Source: Pyrinomonadaceae bacterium
GTDB taxonomy: Bacteria; Acidobacteriota; Blastocatellia; Pyrinomonadales; Pyrinomonadaceae
NCBI GenBank assembly: GCA_035457565.1
Contig: DATIBJ010000063.1
Coordinates: 10,384 to 74,383 of the forward strand
Direction: 5' to 3'
Length of the DNA stretch: 64,000 bases
The position numbers and the translations under genes are program-made. Under the pieces are notes generated by a model that was not told where the DNA came from, searched no databases, and worked only from the letters and a program-made list of their open reading frames with translations. Below, in pieces: positions 37,216 to 46,168 of the stretch (position 1 is the first letter of the stretch; each line of letters starts with the position of its first letter).

Positions 37216-40200
37216 TTGTTCACTAAAGATCTCTTCAGCATCAGCCGCGCTTTTTTCGTGGCCGCAATCACATTACTCATCACCAGTTCCTCCTATTCGC
37301 AAACCAAGCTGCTTCGCTTCCCGGATATTCACGGTGATCGCGTTGCTTTCACGTATGGTGGCGACATCTGGACCGCACCCGCTAACGGCGGCTCTGCCAC
37401 GCGGCTGACTGCGCACCCGGGCGTCGAACTGTTTGCGAAGTTCTCGCCCGACGGAAACTGGATCGCGTTCACCGGACAATACGACGGCGACGAACAGGTC
37501 TACGTAGTTCCAACCAGCGGCGGCGAGCCACGACAGTTGACGTTTTATCCAGCGAAGGGTCCTCTGGCACCACGCTGGGGTTGGGACAATCAAGTTTACG
37601 GTTGGAGCCGCGATGGCAAGCGAATCTTCTTTCGTTCGTTGCGCGATTCATGGTCGCTCCCGATCGCACGCCTTTATTCAGTAGCCGTAGATGGCGGGCC
37701 CGCCGAAGCTCTGCCGATGCCAACCGCTGGCTCAGGCGATTTCTCGCCAAGCGGTAACGAAATCGCTTACTCCCCTCAGTCGCGCGATTTCAGGTCTGAA
37801 AAGCGATATGGTGGTGGCCAGGCGAATGCGCTTTACACATTCGATCTAAAAACTCACGGCGCGAAACGCATTACGGAAGGACCGAGAGCGACCCGGGATC
37901 CGATGTGGATTGGCGATACCATCTTCTTTAACTCCGATCGCGATGGACACTTCAACCTCTACGCCTACTCAACCGGTAACGGAAGAACCGCTCAAGTAAC
38001 AACGAACCGGCAGTGGGATGTGCGCTGGCCCAGCTCCGACAACGAAAGCCGAATCGTCTACGAACTGAACGGCGAGCTTCAGGTGATGGATGCACGCAGT
38101 CGGAAGAGCACGCCGATATCAATCACCGTTCCTGATGAAGGTTTATGGAGCCGCCCCAGTCGCGTGCCGGTCGGCAGCCTGATGGAGTCAGTAGGACTGA
38201 GTCCGAAAGGGGAGCGAGCTTTGTTCGCTGCTCGTGGCGATATCTTCACCGCTCCAATCGAAAAAGGTCCGACCCGGAATCTAACGCATTCTTCCAATGC
38301 GCACGACAAGTGGCCCAGTTGGTCACCCGACGGATCGCAGATCGCTTTCATCTCCGACCTGAGCGGCGAGGAAGAGATTTACATCGTTCCGCAAGACGGT
38401 TCGAAACCAGCGGAACAAATCACACGTGGCGGCACGGCGATGCGTTACTCGCCTGAGTGGGCGCCTGACGGCAAGCGCATCGCGTTCTCCGACAAGGATG
38501 GCAAGCTCTACATCCTTACACTCAGCGATCGCCGAGTGGTCGAGATCGCTGACACACCGCGTGGACAGATTCGCGATTACGTGTGGTCACCCAAAGGCAA
38601 CTTCCTCGCGTTCAGCATGGCGAACTCGAACCAGTTTTCGTCGATCCACATTTGGAGCGCAGGCGACAATCGGGTTCGACGCGTGACTGACGAGTTTTTC
38701 AATTCATACAACCCTGCGTGGGATCCACAGGGAAACTATCTTTACTTCCTGAGCGACCGAGAGTTTGCGCCGCAAATCTCAAACATCGAATTCAACTACG
38801 CGACGAATCGCCCGACCTACATCTACGCGATGACGTTGCGCAAAGATGTAAAGCATCCGTTTCCGCCCGAGAGCGACGAAGTAACCATCGCCAAACCTGA
38901 CGAGCCCGCACAACCGAAAGGCACACCACCGGGAGTCGAACCTAAGCCACCGGCGCGCGACATCAACAAGGAACTAAACAAAGAGCCTTCACAGGAACAA
39001 CCGAAAGCTGCGGAAACTCCGGCGGCAGCGGCGGAGCAGAAAACTGATGCGGCTCCAAAACCCGCAGCACCACCTGCGCCAGCCACAATGACGATCGATT
39101 TCGACGGTATTTCAACTCGCGTCGCGCGAGTGCCTCTTGGAGCTGATAACTACGGTGGTCTTTCAGCAAAAACTGGGCATCTCCTGTACGGCATTGGACC
39201 AGCGTTTTACTACGGCCGCCAGGGTGATCGACCGACATCATTGCGTATCTACGCGTTGAAAGAGCGTAAGGAAACAACGCTCGCCGACGACATTCGCGGC
39301 TACGCAATGTCTGACGATGGTTCGAAAGTTCTCGTAGCGCAGGGTCCTGGTTTCAATCTCTACGACGCAACTCCAGTCGGCGAAAGAAGTCGTAAGGCGG
39401 TTTCAACGTCGAGCCTTTACGTTGACCGAAATCCAGAAGAAGAGTGGAACCAGATCTTCAATGAGGTTTGGCGACGCTATCGCGACTGGTTCTACGTGTC
39501 GAACATGCACGGTTTCGATTGGGTCGCCCTGCGCGAGCAATACAAACCGCTACTCAAGTATGTCGCTCATCGTTCGGACCTGAACTACGTGATCAGCGAA
39601 ATGATTTCGGAACTGACAGTGCAGCACGCGTACATCGACGGCGGTGATTTTCAGGTTCCCCCGCGGCCACGATCCGGTTTGCCAGGTGCTCGCTTTGAAC
39701 TCGACAAGCAAGCGGGTCGCTATCGCATCGCCAAGATATTTACTGGCGACAATGAGGAGGACATCTATCGCTCTCCGTTGACAGAGGTCGGTGTTAACGC
39801 GAGCGTCGGCGATTACGTGTTGGCGATCGACGGCGAGGAATTGAAACCGACTGACGATCCTTATCGTCTGTTGCGCAACAAAGCGGAGAATCCCGTCAGC
39901 CTTACGATCAACAAGACTCCAACGCTCCAGGGCGCACGCACTGTTTCGTATCGTCCGATCACAGATGAAGGAAACTTAATCTATCTCGATTGGGTCGATA
40001 AGAACCGGCAAAGAGTTGCAGAAGCCACAGGAAACCGTGTCGGCTATCTTCATATTCCTGACATGGGAGCTAATGGCATTCGTGAATTCATCAAGTGGTA
40101 TTACCCGCAGTTGAGAAAAGAAGCGTTGGTTGTTGACGTTCGTGCGAACGGCGGCGGCAATGTATCGCGTATGCTGATCGAACGACTGCGGCGCAAACTT

Positions 40201-40668
40201 CTGGCCGTGAACTACTCCCGCACGAATGACGAAGCATCAACGTATCCGGATGGAGTCTTTATTGGTCCGATGGTCGCGTTGCTTGATGAGAATTCTGCTT
40301 CTGACGGCGACATCTTCCCCGCGATGTTTCGTGAAGCGGGATTAGGTCCATTAATCGGAAAACGATCGTGGGGCGGCGTTGTTGGTATTACCAACCGCGG
40401 GCAGCTCATCGATGGCGGCGTCGTCAACGTTCCTGAATCCGGGCTGGCAAGTAAGAATGGCGAGTGGATCATTGAAGGCTACGGTGTGGATCCCGACATC
40501 GAAGTCGACAACGATCCACAGTCGGTAATCAGTGGCAAGGATCCGCAGCTGGAGCGCGCCATAAGTGAGGCCATGGCGCGGCTGAAGAACCCTGTGAAAC
40601 TGCCACCGAAGCCTGCGCCACCGGTGAAAACGATTGATAGCCGGATCTCGCGCGCGCCTGAGAAGTAA
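37216..40668 (+). CDS. Tricorn-like protease (beta-propellers, PDZ, S41 peptidase)
   Basis: 1150 aa. TTG start 7 nt after AGGAGG. Signal peptide, LLRFPDIHGDRVAFTYGGDIWTAP N-terminus typical of tricorn homologs, PD40-like repeats. P/A/K-rich insert, and C-terminal S41-like region with DENSASDGD. Confidence 0.85.
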   Translation: MFTKDLFSISRAFFVAAITLLITSSSYSQTKLLRFPDIHGDRVAFTYGGDIWTAPANGGSATRLTAHPGVELFAKFSPDGNWIAFTGQYDGDEQVYVVPTSGGEPRQLTFYPAKGPLAPRWGWDNQVYGWSRDGKRIFFRSLRDSWSLPIARLYSVAVDGGPAEALPMPTAGSGDFSPSGNEIAYSPQSRDFRSEKRYGGGQANALYTFDLKTHGAKRITEGPRATRDPMWIGDTIFFNSDRDGHFNLYAYSTGNGRTAQVTTNRQWDVRWPSSDNESRIVYELNGELQVMDARSRKSTPISITVPDEGLWSRPSRVPVGSLMESVGLSPKGERALFAARGDIFTAPIEKGPTRNLTHSSNAHDKWPSWSPDGSQIAFISDLSGEEEIYIVPQDGSKPAEQITRGGTAMRYSPEWAPDGKRIAFSDKDGKLYILTLSDRRVVEIADTPRGQIRDYVWSPKGNFLAFSMANSNQFSSIHIWSAGDNRVRRVTDEFFNSYNPAWDPQGNYLYFLSDREFAPQISNIEFNYATNRPTYIYAMTLRKDVKHPFPPESDEVTIAKPDEPAQPKGTPPGVEPKPPARDINKELNKEPSQEQPKAAETPAAAAEQKTDAAPKPAAPPAPATMTIDFDGISTRVARVPLGADNYGGLSAKTGHLLYGIGPAFYYGRQGDRPTSLRIYALKERKETTLADDIRGYAMSDDGSKVLVAQGPGFNLYDATPVGERSRKAVSTSSLYVDRNPEEEWNQIFNEVWRRYRDWFYVSNMHGFDWVALREQYKPLLKYVAHRSDLNYVISEMISELTVQHAYIDGGDFQVPPRPRSGLPGARFELDKQAGRYRIAKIFTGDNEEDIYRSPLTEVGVNASVGDYVLAIDGEELKPTDDPYRLLRNKAENPVSLTINKTPTLQGARTVSYRPITDEGNLIYLDWVDKNRQRVAEATGNRVGYLHIPDMGANGIREFIKWYYPQLRKEALVVDVRANGGGNVSRMLIERLRRKLLAVNYSRTNDEASTYPDGVFIGPMVALLDENSASDGDIFPAMFREAGLGPLIGKRSWGGVVGITNRGQLIDGGVVNVPESGLASKNGEWIIEGYGVDPDIEVDNDPQSVISGKDPQLERAISEAMARLKNPVKLPPKPAPPVKTIDSRISRAPEK

Positions 40669-40673
40669 ACTAC

Positions 40674-40765
40674 GGGGGGAAAAGGGGAAAGGGGAAAGGG
40701 GGAAGTGGGGAAAAGGGAAGACCTTCTTCCCCTCTTTCCCTTTTCACCTCTTCCCCTCTTCCCCC
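40674..40765. repeat. Tight hairpin of GGGGAAA words
   Basis: ggggggaaaaggggaaaggggaaagggggaagtggggaaaagggaag, loop acctt, then cttcccctctttcccttttcacctcttcccctcttccccc. Fills the gap between convergent stops at 40668 and 40766. Confidence 0.9.
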
Positions 40766-41212
40766 TCATTGGATCCTAAGCTTCTCCTGCGGCAGCATCG
40801 CTTTCTCACCTTTGTGTTGCCAGCATCGCACTGGACCATGAACTCGACGTGAGCACGGTCTGCCTTTCTTTGTGCGCGCACCACAGATGTAAACCTCTTC
40901 AACCGTGAGCGGCTGCGGCGAGCTTCCTGAAGTCGAATCTCCCGATTGCCGTTCTGTTCGTTGAATTATTAGAGGTGGCGGGGATGGTTGGAGTCTGTGA
41001 CCAAGAATCAAGCCGGTAGTGAAAATCAGAAGAGTGATTACACCCGCCGTCGTCCAACGCTGTCGTCGAAGACTTCGCGCACACGAGTCGCAGAACTTCC
41101 GATTCGTCCAGAGACGCCAACGCAGTCGAAGAATCTTTGCGCCACATTCCGCACAGAAATTTGGCCGGTGTAATGTGAGAAACGGCATGTGTGAGGTCTC
41201 GCTGGCGCGCAT
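40766..41212 (-). CDS. Hypothetical zinc-ribbon membrane protein
   Basis: 148 aa. CAECG...CDSC ribbon, one TM helix (VITLLIFTTGLILG), C-terminal CGARTKKGRPCSRRVHGPVRCWQH motif. The start may be the internal M at 41188. Confidence 0.5.
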   Translation of the reverse strand: MRASETSHMPFLTLHRPNFCAECGAKILRLRWRLWTNRKFCDSCARSLRRQRWTTAGVITLLIFTTGLILGHRLQPSPPPLIIQRTERQSGDSTSGSSPQPLTVEEVYICGARTKKGRPCSRRVHGPVRCWQHKGEKAMLPQEKLRIQ

Positions 41213-41330
41213 TATAAGATCTAAGCCGCAGATTCACACAGATAAACACAAATCACAGGAGGGATGGAACTACCAAACCGGCTCAGATTGTCAATCGTTC
41301 TAATTTGATCCGGGTCCATTCCATGTGCGA

Positions 41331-41450
41331 GGTGCAAAACATCGGCGATCAACCTTCACTGACATAACTCAAGCTGCCATAAATGCAGTTCGGAAGGGTG
41401 GTTTACCCCCGCTCAGATCCCTAGCGTACAACCTTCATTTCCAAAAGAAG
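41331..41450 (+). repeat. Dispersed repeat copy A (about 100 bp)
   Basis: ggtgcaaaacatcggcgatcaa...ataactcaagctg...gcag.t.ggaagggtggtttacccccgctcagat aligns by eye at roughly three-quarters identity with 42889-42995. Confidence 0.7.
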
Positions 41451-41625
41451 CTGGACGTTATGGATCTCAGGTTGGCACCTCACACTCTTTCGTCGGGTTT
41501 GAAAAAATTGATTCCGGCGGGCATACTCTCCGGTCTGTTTTTGCGGGAAATCTAGCTCGAGTGGCTGTTGTGTTAAGCAAAAACTCAACAGCCTTCTGGC
41601 GGTTGCGTGCATCAAAATTGCCGAA

Positions 41626-42633
41626 ATGAAGGTCACCGGTAAAATTCAAAGGCTCTGGAGCTGCTTTTTTATCCTGGCGATAGCGAGCGTCTCTTTCGGC
41701 CAGGATCCGGAAGACGTTGTGCGAACCAACGTTTCCCTCGTACAGCTAAATGTAGGTGTGGTCGATAAGCGGGGAAACGCGGTTACCTATCTGAGCAGAA
41801 ATGATTTTGCTGTCTACGAAGATGGCGTCAAACAGTCGATCCAGTTGTTTGAACCAGCGCAGGCGCCGTTCAGTCTAGTGTTGTTGCTCGACATGTCGGG
41901 CTCCACGATCAACTTTCGCCAGCAGTTGAAACTCGCAAGTATTCGCTTCCTCGATGCGTTAGGACCTCAGGATCGCGTTGCAGTTATTCAATTCAATGCA
42001 AAGGTCAAATCATTAACTGACTTCACGCTGGACCGGCAGAGAACTGCGTACGCGATCGACACGCTTGCTCAAGGTTCCGGCGAAACCAATTTTTACGAGG
42101 CGTTGAGATTCGCCCTAAGAGAACTGGAAAAGGAAGGCAAGCGTCGAAAGGCGATTGTGGTTCTTAGCGACGGGCTTGATACGCAACTTCGGAAAACTGA
42201 CCGGCAGATAGTTTCAGCTGCACAAACAGACGCCGAAGCATTGGCGATGATAAAACCTGAGGCGAGTGCGGAACTGAACTCGGTGCTTTCTGCCGCCGAC
42301 CGCCTGGGCGTTTCAATTTATCCTCTCGCTCTGCCATCCGGTGATCCCAGGCGTTTGCCACTGCCGACACCGAGTATTATCGGCATCTACGCTTCGGCTC
42401 GCGCTCGGATGCAGGCGTTGGCTGAACGCACCGGCGGACGTTTGAACGAGATCAATCGCTTGGAAAAAATGGCGGAACTGTATCGTGAAGTAGCGGCGGA
42501 TTTGCGCACGCTGTACACGGTTGGCTATCAACCACCGGGAGATCGTCCGAGTGGCAAATGGCACGAGATCCGAGTTGAAGTAACGAATCCGGAATTGATT
42601 GCACGGACGAAGACAGGCTATGTGGGAAGATAG
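41626..42633 (+). CDS. Secreted VWA-domain protein (acidobacterial VWFA-related type)
   Basis: 335 aa with signal peptide. VSLVQLNVGVVDKRGNAVTYLSRNDFAVYEDGVKQSI N-terminal signature. MIDAS LLLDMSGS. Confidence 0.8.
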   Translation: MKVTGKIQRLWSCFFILAIASVSFGQDPEDVVRTNVSLVQLNVGVVDKRGNAVTYLSRNDFAVYEDGVKQSIQLFEPAQAPFSLVLLLDMSGSTINFRQQLKLASIRFLDALGPQDRVAVIQFNAKVKSLTDFTLDRQRTAYAIDTLAQGSGETNFYEALRFALRELEKEGKRRKAIVVLSDGLDTQLRKTDRQIVSAAQTDAEALAMIKPEASAELNSVLSAADRLGVSIYPLALPSGDPRRLPLPTPSIIGIYASARARMQALAERTGGRLNEINRLEKMAELYREVAADLRTLYTVGYQPPGDRPSGKWHEIRVEVTNPELIARTKTGYVGR

Positions 42634-42749
42634 GCCGTAGAACTTTGTGCTTTGTACTTTGTGCTTTGTGTTTGCCGGACGACTAAGTACAAAGTTCCAA
42701 GCCCCGATTAGACTATTTACGATTCACGATTTACTATTCACCAAATCAC

Positions 42750-42826
42750 GCACCCGTAGCTCAGCTGGATAGAGTACCTGACTACGAATCAGGGGGTCGC
42801 ACGTTCGAGTCGTGCCGGGTGCACCA
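42750..42826 (+). tRNA. tRNA-Arg (anticodon ACG), CCA encoded
   Basis: Cloverleaf read by hand: acceptor gcacccg/cgggtgc, D arm gctc..gagt, anticodon stem cctga/tcagg with loop ctACGaa, T arm gcacg-ttcgagt-cgtgc, 3' acca. Confidence 0.95.
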
Positions 42827-42888
42827 TCCTCATTGCCGATTGTAGATTGCCGATTGCCGATTACTCTCGAGTCAATTTCACAGTTCAA

Positions 42889-42995
42889 GGTGCAAGAACA
42901 TCAGCGATCAAGCTCCACAGTAATAACTCAAGCTGAAAAATTGCAGGTTGGGAAGGGCGGCTTTGCCCCGCTCGAGATTCATTTCCCTTCAACAT
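42889..42995 (+). repeat. Dispersed repeat copy B (about 100 bp)
   Basis: ggtgcaagaacatcagcgatcaa...ataactcaagctg...gcaggttgggaagggcggctttgccccgctcgagat, in the same orientation as copy A. Confidence 0.7.
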
Positions 42996-43043
42996 TGAGG
43001 GCACAGTCAGAAGAAGATCTCTCAACGCCGGCAAATCAAACTC

Positions 43044-43880
43044 TTGCGCTACTCTGAATTTCATCCCCCATCACCTCTCAATCAATTCGTCGAATGCTTC
43101 TGGGCACTGGAGAGTAATGCCCACATTTCTGATCAAAAGCCCGAGAGAATTCTTCCTGACGGTTGCGGCGAAGTAATTCTGAATTTCGCGGAGCCGTTCG
43201 CTCAACATGACGAACACTCGACGAGAGTTCAGCCACGAAACTTCATTGTTGGGCAGATGACACGGCCCATCTCTATTTCTCCCACAGGTCCAGTGCAGTT
43301 GATCGGCATTCGTTTTCATCCGGGTGGCGCTACGCCGTTCTTTCGTTTGCCGATGAATGAATTGACGAACCAGGTGGTTGAGCTTGGATCGTTTGCACGA
43401 ACTCTCGAAGCCAAACTGCTTTCGGAAGCCGTGCATCTTCCGGAGCTGAAGGACAAAGTGGCGGGGTTACAGAAAGTACTCTTGGGAATCCTGCGGGACA
43501 CTAAATCGGACTTCGGGCTGCTCCGCATTGCTGCAAGGATCATTGAGTCGTCAGGGATGGTTCCGGTTGACGATCTCGCAAACGAAGCTGGTCTCAGCAG
43601 CAGGCAACTTGAGCGAAGATTCCTTTCGGAAGTTGGCATCGGACCAAAATTGCTTTCGCGAATACTGCGATTTCAGCAGGTCTTCCGTGCAGTTGATGCT
43701 AACGAACCAGCCTGGCCCACGGTCGCCGTTGATTGCGGCTATTACGATCAGGCTCACTTAATCAAAGACTTCCGACAGTTCGCACACGAAACTCCCGCGG
43801 TTCTCTTCGCTGAATACAATGCATTCACTGAATCCTTTACCCGCAAACGTCGCATGTCGGGTTTTTCCAATACAAGATAG
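43044..43880 (+). CDS. AraC-family transcriptional regulator
   Basis: 278 aa with TTG start. C-terminal HTH pair (LANEAGLSSRQLERRFLSEVGIGPK, GYYDQAHLIKDFRQFAHETP). Confidence 0.85.
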   Translation: MRYSEFHPPSPLNQFVECFWALESNAHISDQKPERILPDGCGEVILNFAEPFAQHDEHSTRVQPRNFIVGQMTRPISISPTGPVQLIGIRFHPGGATPFFRLPMNELTNQVVELGSFARTLEAKLLSEAVHLPELKDKVAGLQKVLLGILRDTKSDFGLLRIAARIIESSGMVPVDDLANEAGLSSRQLERRFLSEVGIGPKLLSRILRFQQVFRAVDANEPAWPTVAVDCGYYDQAHLIKDFRQFAHETPAVLFAEYNAFTESFTRKRRMSGFSNTR

Positions 43881-44029
43881 GTTTGTGTTGACTATTCTCA
43901 GCGGCCTCTACGTCTCCACGTTCTCCGCGTTAACTTCTGATGCGTTAAGTTATGAGCCACACGTTTAAGACCCAGAGGACGCCGAGACGAAGCGGTCGCT
44001 GAGAGAATTAACTCAATAACGGAGGTCGA

Positions 44030-44515
44030 ATGAAAAACCGGACCATATCTTTAGCTCTTGTCGCTGTTCTTCTAATGATTTCGCCGCTCATTCGAACCGG
44101 GCAATCGGCACCAATTCTTTCCGACATTGCTGAACTCTCCTGGATTTCCGGCGATTGGCAGACCGCACCTGGTGGACGGGCACAAATCGAAGAGCACTGG
44201 ACCCAACCTGCTGGTGGATCGATGTTAGGCTTGAGTCGGACTGTGGCGGGTGGGAAAACTGCTGAGTTTGAGTTCCTGCGGATAGAGCAACGTGAAGATG
44301 GAATCTACTACGTGGCCCAACCGAAAGGTCGATGTCCGGCAACCGACTTCAAATTAACACGCGTCATCGCCCAGGAAGCCGTCTTCGAAAACCCCACGCA
44401 CGATTTTCCGAAGCGGATCATCTATCGCAAGACCACTGAAGATTCACTAACCGCAAGCATCGACGGCGGCGAAGGAACAAAACAGATGACGTTCACGTTC
44501 CGCCGTATGAAGTAG
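44030..44515 (+). CDS. Secreted DUF6265-like protein
   Basis: 161 aa with signal peptide. WISGDWQ...EEHWTQPAGGSMLG...FEFLRIEQREDGIYYVAQPKG...FENPTHDFPKRIIYRK. Confidence 0.6.
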   Translation: MKNRTISLALVAVLLMISPLIRTGQSAPILSDIAELSWISGDWQTAPGGRAQIEEHWTQPAGGSMLGLSRTVAGGKTAEFEFLRIEQREDGIYYVAQPKGRCPATDFKLTRVIAQEAVFENPTHDFPKRIIYRKTTEDSLTASIDGGEGTKQMTFTFRRMK

Positions 44516-44517
44516 CG

Positions 44518-44653
44518 AAGAGTATCCACAGATTACACAGATTAAAAACAGATTCAGAGCATAGGCAGATAAGTTGAGTGGTTGAGCTACATCACTCAAG
44601 CCAGCTGTCTAAGCTCTGAATCTGTTTAATCTGTGTAATCTGTGGATACTCTT
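44518..44653. repeat. Long hairpin of the ACACAGATT-word family (second copy)
   Basis: aagagtatccacagattacacagattaaaaacagattcagagc...gttgagtg faces cactcaag...gctctgaatctgtttaatctgtgtaatctgtggatactctt. Lies between convergent stops, and the right arm covers the mgtE stop. Confidence 0.9.
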
Positions 44654-46013
44654 ACACGCCAAGAATGATTTTTGCGATCGTGAAGTAAATAACCAGTCCC
44701 GTCGCATCGACGAGCGTTGTGATTAGTGGTGCTGACAAAGCCGCCGGATCAACTCCAAATCTTTCCGCAGCAATGGGAATCAGCGAGCCGACGGTTGTTG
44801 ACCAGAGACAGATTGCGAACATAGTTACCGAAACGGTGATCGCAAGTGCCAGCGGTGCTCTCCACAGCAAGGCCTGACCAAACGCCACGGTCCCGACCAT
44901 TAACCCAACCAACATCCCTGTCGTTGCCTCTCGCAGTACAACTCGCCAGGCTTGCTTTACGCCAAACTCACCGAGCGATAGACTCCGAATCACAGTCATC
45001 ACCGTTTGCGCTCCGGCATTCCCGCCAGTTCCAATCAACAAAGGAATGAAAAACGCCAGAGCCACTACTGCCGCTAACTCATTCTCGAACCGGTGAAGCA
45101 CCGCACTGGTCAAAGTTCCAGCAACAAAGAGCAGTAGCAACCAGCCGATTCGTTTGCGGACCACGCGAAAGATTGGATTGTCGAAATAAGGTTTGTCCAA
45201 AGCGCCTGGCTCAACGGCAGCCATGCGCAAGATGTCTTCCGTCTGCTCCTCGATCATGACGTCGATGACGTCGTCGACAGTCACAAAACCGACGACACTC
45301 AAATCGTCCTCAAGCACCGGAACAGCCAGAAGGTTGTACTTGCTAATCTTCTTCGCGACGAGTTCCTGATCGTCATGTACGTTTACAGTCACGGGCTTGC
45401 GCCGCATAACTTCGGTCACCGGCCGCTCGAGTTCAGCCATCACGAGGTCGCGCAACGATACGGCGCCAAGCAAACGATCAGTTTCCGGATTCAAGATGTA
45501 GCACGCATAAATAGATTCCTTTTCGCGTGCAACTGAGCGGATATGTTTGAGCGCTTCAGCCACAGTCATCGTTGGATCGAGTCGCACAAATTCAGTAGTC
45601 ATGTTGCCGCCGGCCGTGTGGGCTGGATACTGCAACAGCTCTTTTAATTCTGCCTGAAGCTGTGGACTGAGTTTCGGAAGAATGCGATGGCGCTGGTGTA
45701 CACCCATGCGCTGAATAATGTCGGTGCATTCGTCTGCTGACAGGCCAGACAATATTTCCGCCACCCGCTCAGGTTCGAGTTGGGCGAGGATTGTCGCGCG
45801 ACGACGCATGGTGGGTTGATCGCACAATTCCGTCGCTCGCGGGATAGGCAACATCGACAACACGGTCGCAGCTTCAGCGATTGTGAGTTGATTCAGCAGC
45901 TCGGCAAGATCTGCCGCTTCGAGATCAGCAACTTGTGCACCTATGTTAACGAAGCTTTCATCGAGTCGGGTGTGTATCCGTTCGAGAAGATCCTTAAGGT
46001 CCTTCGCCGGCAT
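44652..46013 (-). CDS. mgtE: Magnesium transporter MgtE
   Basis: 453 aa. N-domain, tandem CBS region, five C-terminal TM helices with GTGGNAGAQ. Confidence 0.95.
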   Translation of the reverse strand: MPAKDLKDLLERIHTRLDESFVNIGAQVADLEAADLAELLNQLTIAEAATVLSMLPIPRATELCDQPTMRRRATILAQLEPERVAEILSGLSADECTDIIQRMGVHQRHRILPKLSPQLQAELKELLQYPAHTAGGNMTTEFVRLDPTMTVAEALKHIRSVAREKESIYACYILNPETDRLLGAVSLRDLVMAELERPVTEVMRRKPVTVNVHDDQELVAKKISKYNLLAVPVLEDDLSVVGFVTVDDVIDVMIEEQTEDILRMAAVEPGALDKPYFDNPIFRVVRKRIGWLLLLFVAGTLTSAVLHRFENELAAVVALAFFIPLLIGTGGNAGAQTVMTVIRSLSLGEFGVKQAWRVVLREATTGMLVGLMVGTVAFGQALLWRAPLALAITVSVTMFAICLWSTTVGSLIPIAAERFGVDPAALSAPLITTLVDATGLVIYFTIAKIILGV

Positions 46014-46093
46014 CGTCGTTATCCTCCTGGGGTACTGCGAACAGATTAACGCATAATTCGGCCGCAGATTTACACAGATAATCGCAGATCCGT

Positions 46094-46132
46094 TTTAAAT
46101 AAAAACAGCAGCCGGAGCCGGCTGCTGTTTTA
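46094..46132 (-). terminator. Intrinsic terminator downstream of ppdK (usable in both directions)
   Basis: aaaaacagcagcc-ggagcc-ggctgctgtttt. The minus strand gives a GC-rich stem followed by TTTTTATTT. About 40 nt past the ppdK stop. Confidence 0.75.
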
Positions 46133-46168
46133 TCTGATCAGCTTGTATCCGCGTTTGTCTGCGGCGTT

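Noticed and set aside
40479-40852. ORFs 40479-40769 and 40634-40852 (GKRGRGEKGKRG / GEKGKGERGKWGKGK peptides)
   Set aside because: These are translations of the two arms of the GGGGAAA hairpin and overlap the tricorn gene end. They are not credible genes.
42827-44515. Genomic island integrated at tRNA-Arg
   Set aside because: No integrase gene and no visible direct repeat of the tRNA 3' end downstream. The following genes (an AraC regulator and a DUF6265-like protein) are ordinary. I could only check by eye.
46014-46168. Mg-sensing (M-box) riboswitch upstream of mgtE
   Set aside because: The 155-nt gap is occupied by the ppdK terminator and ACAGAT-word arms. I could not recognise M-box conserved segments. 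An Rfam scan would be needed to be sure.
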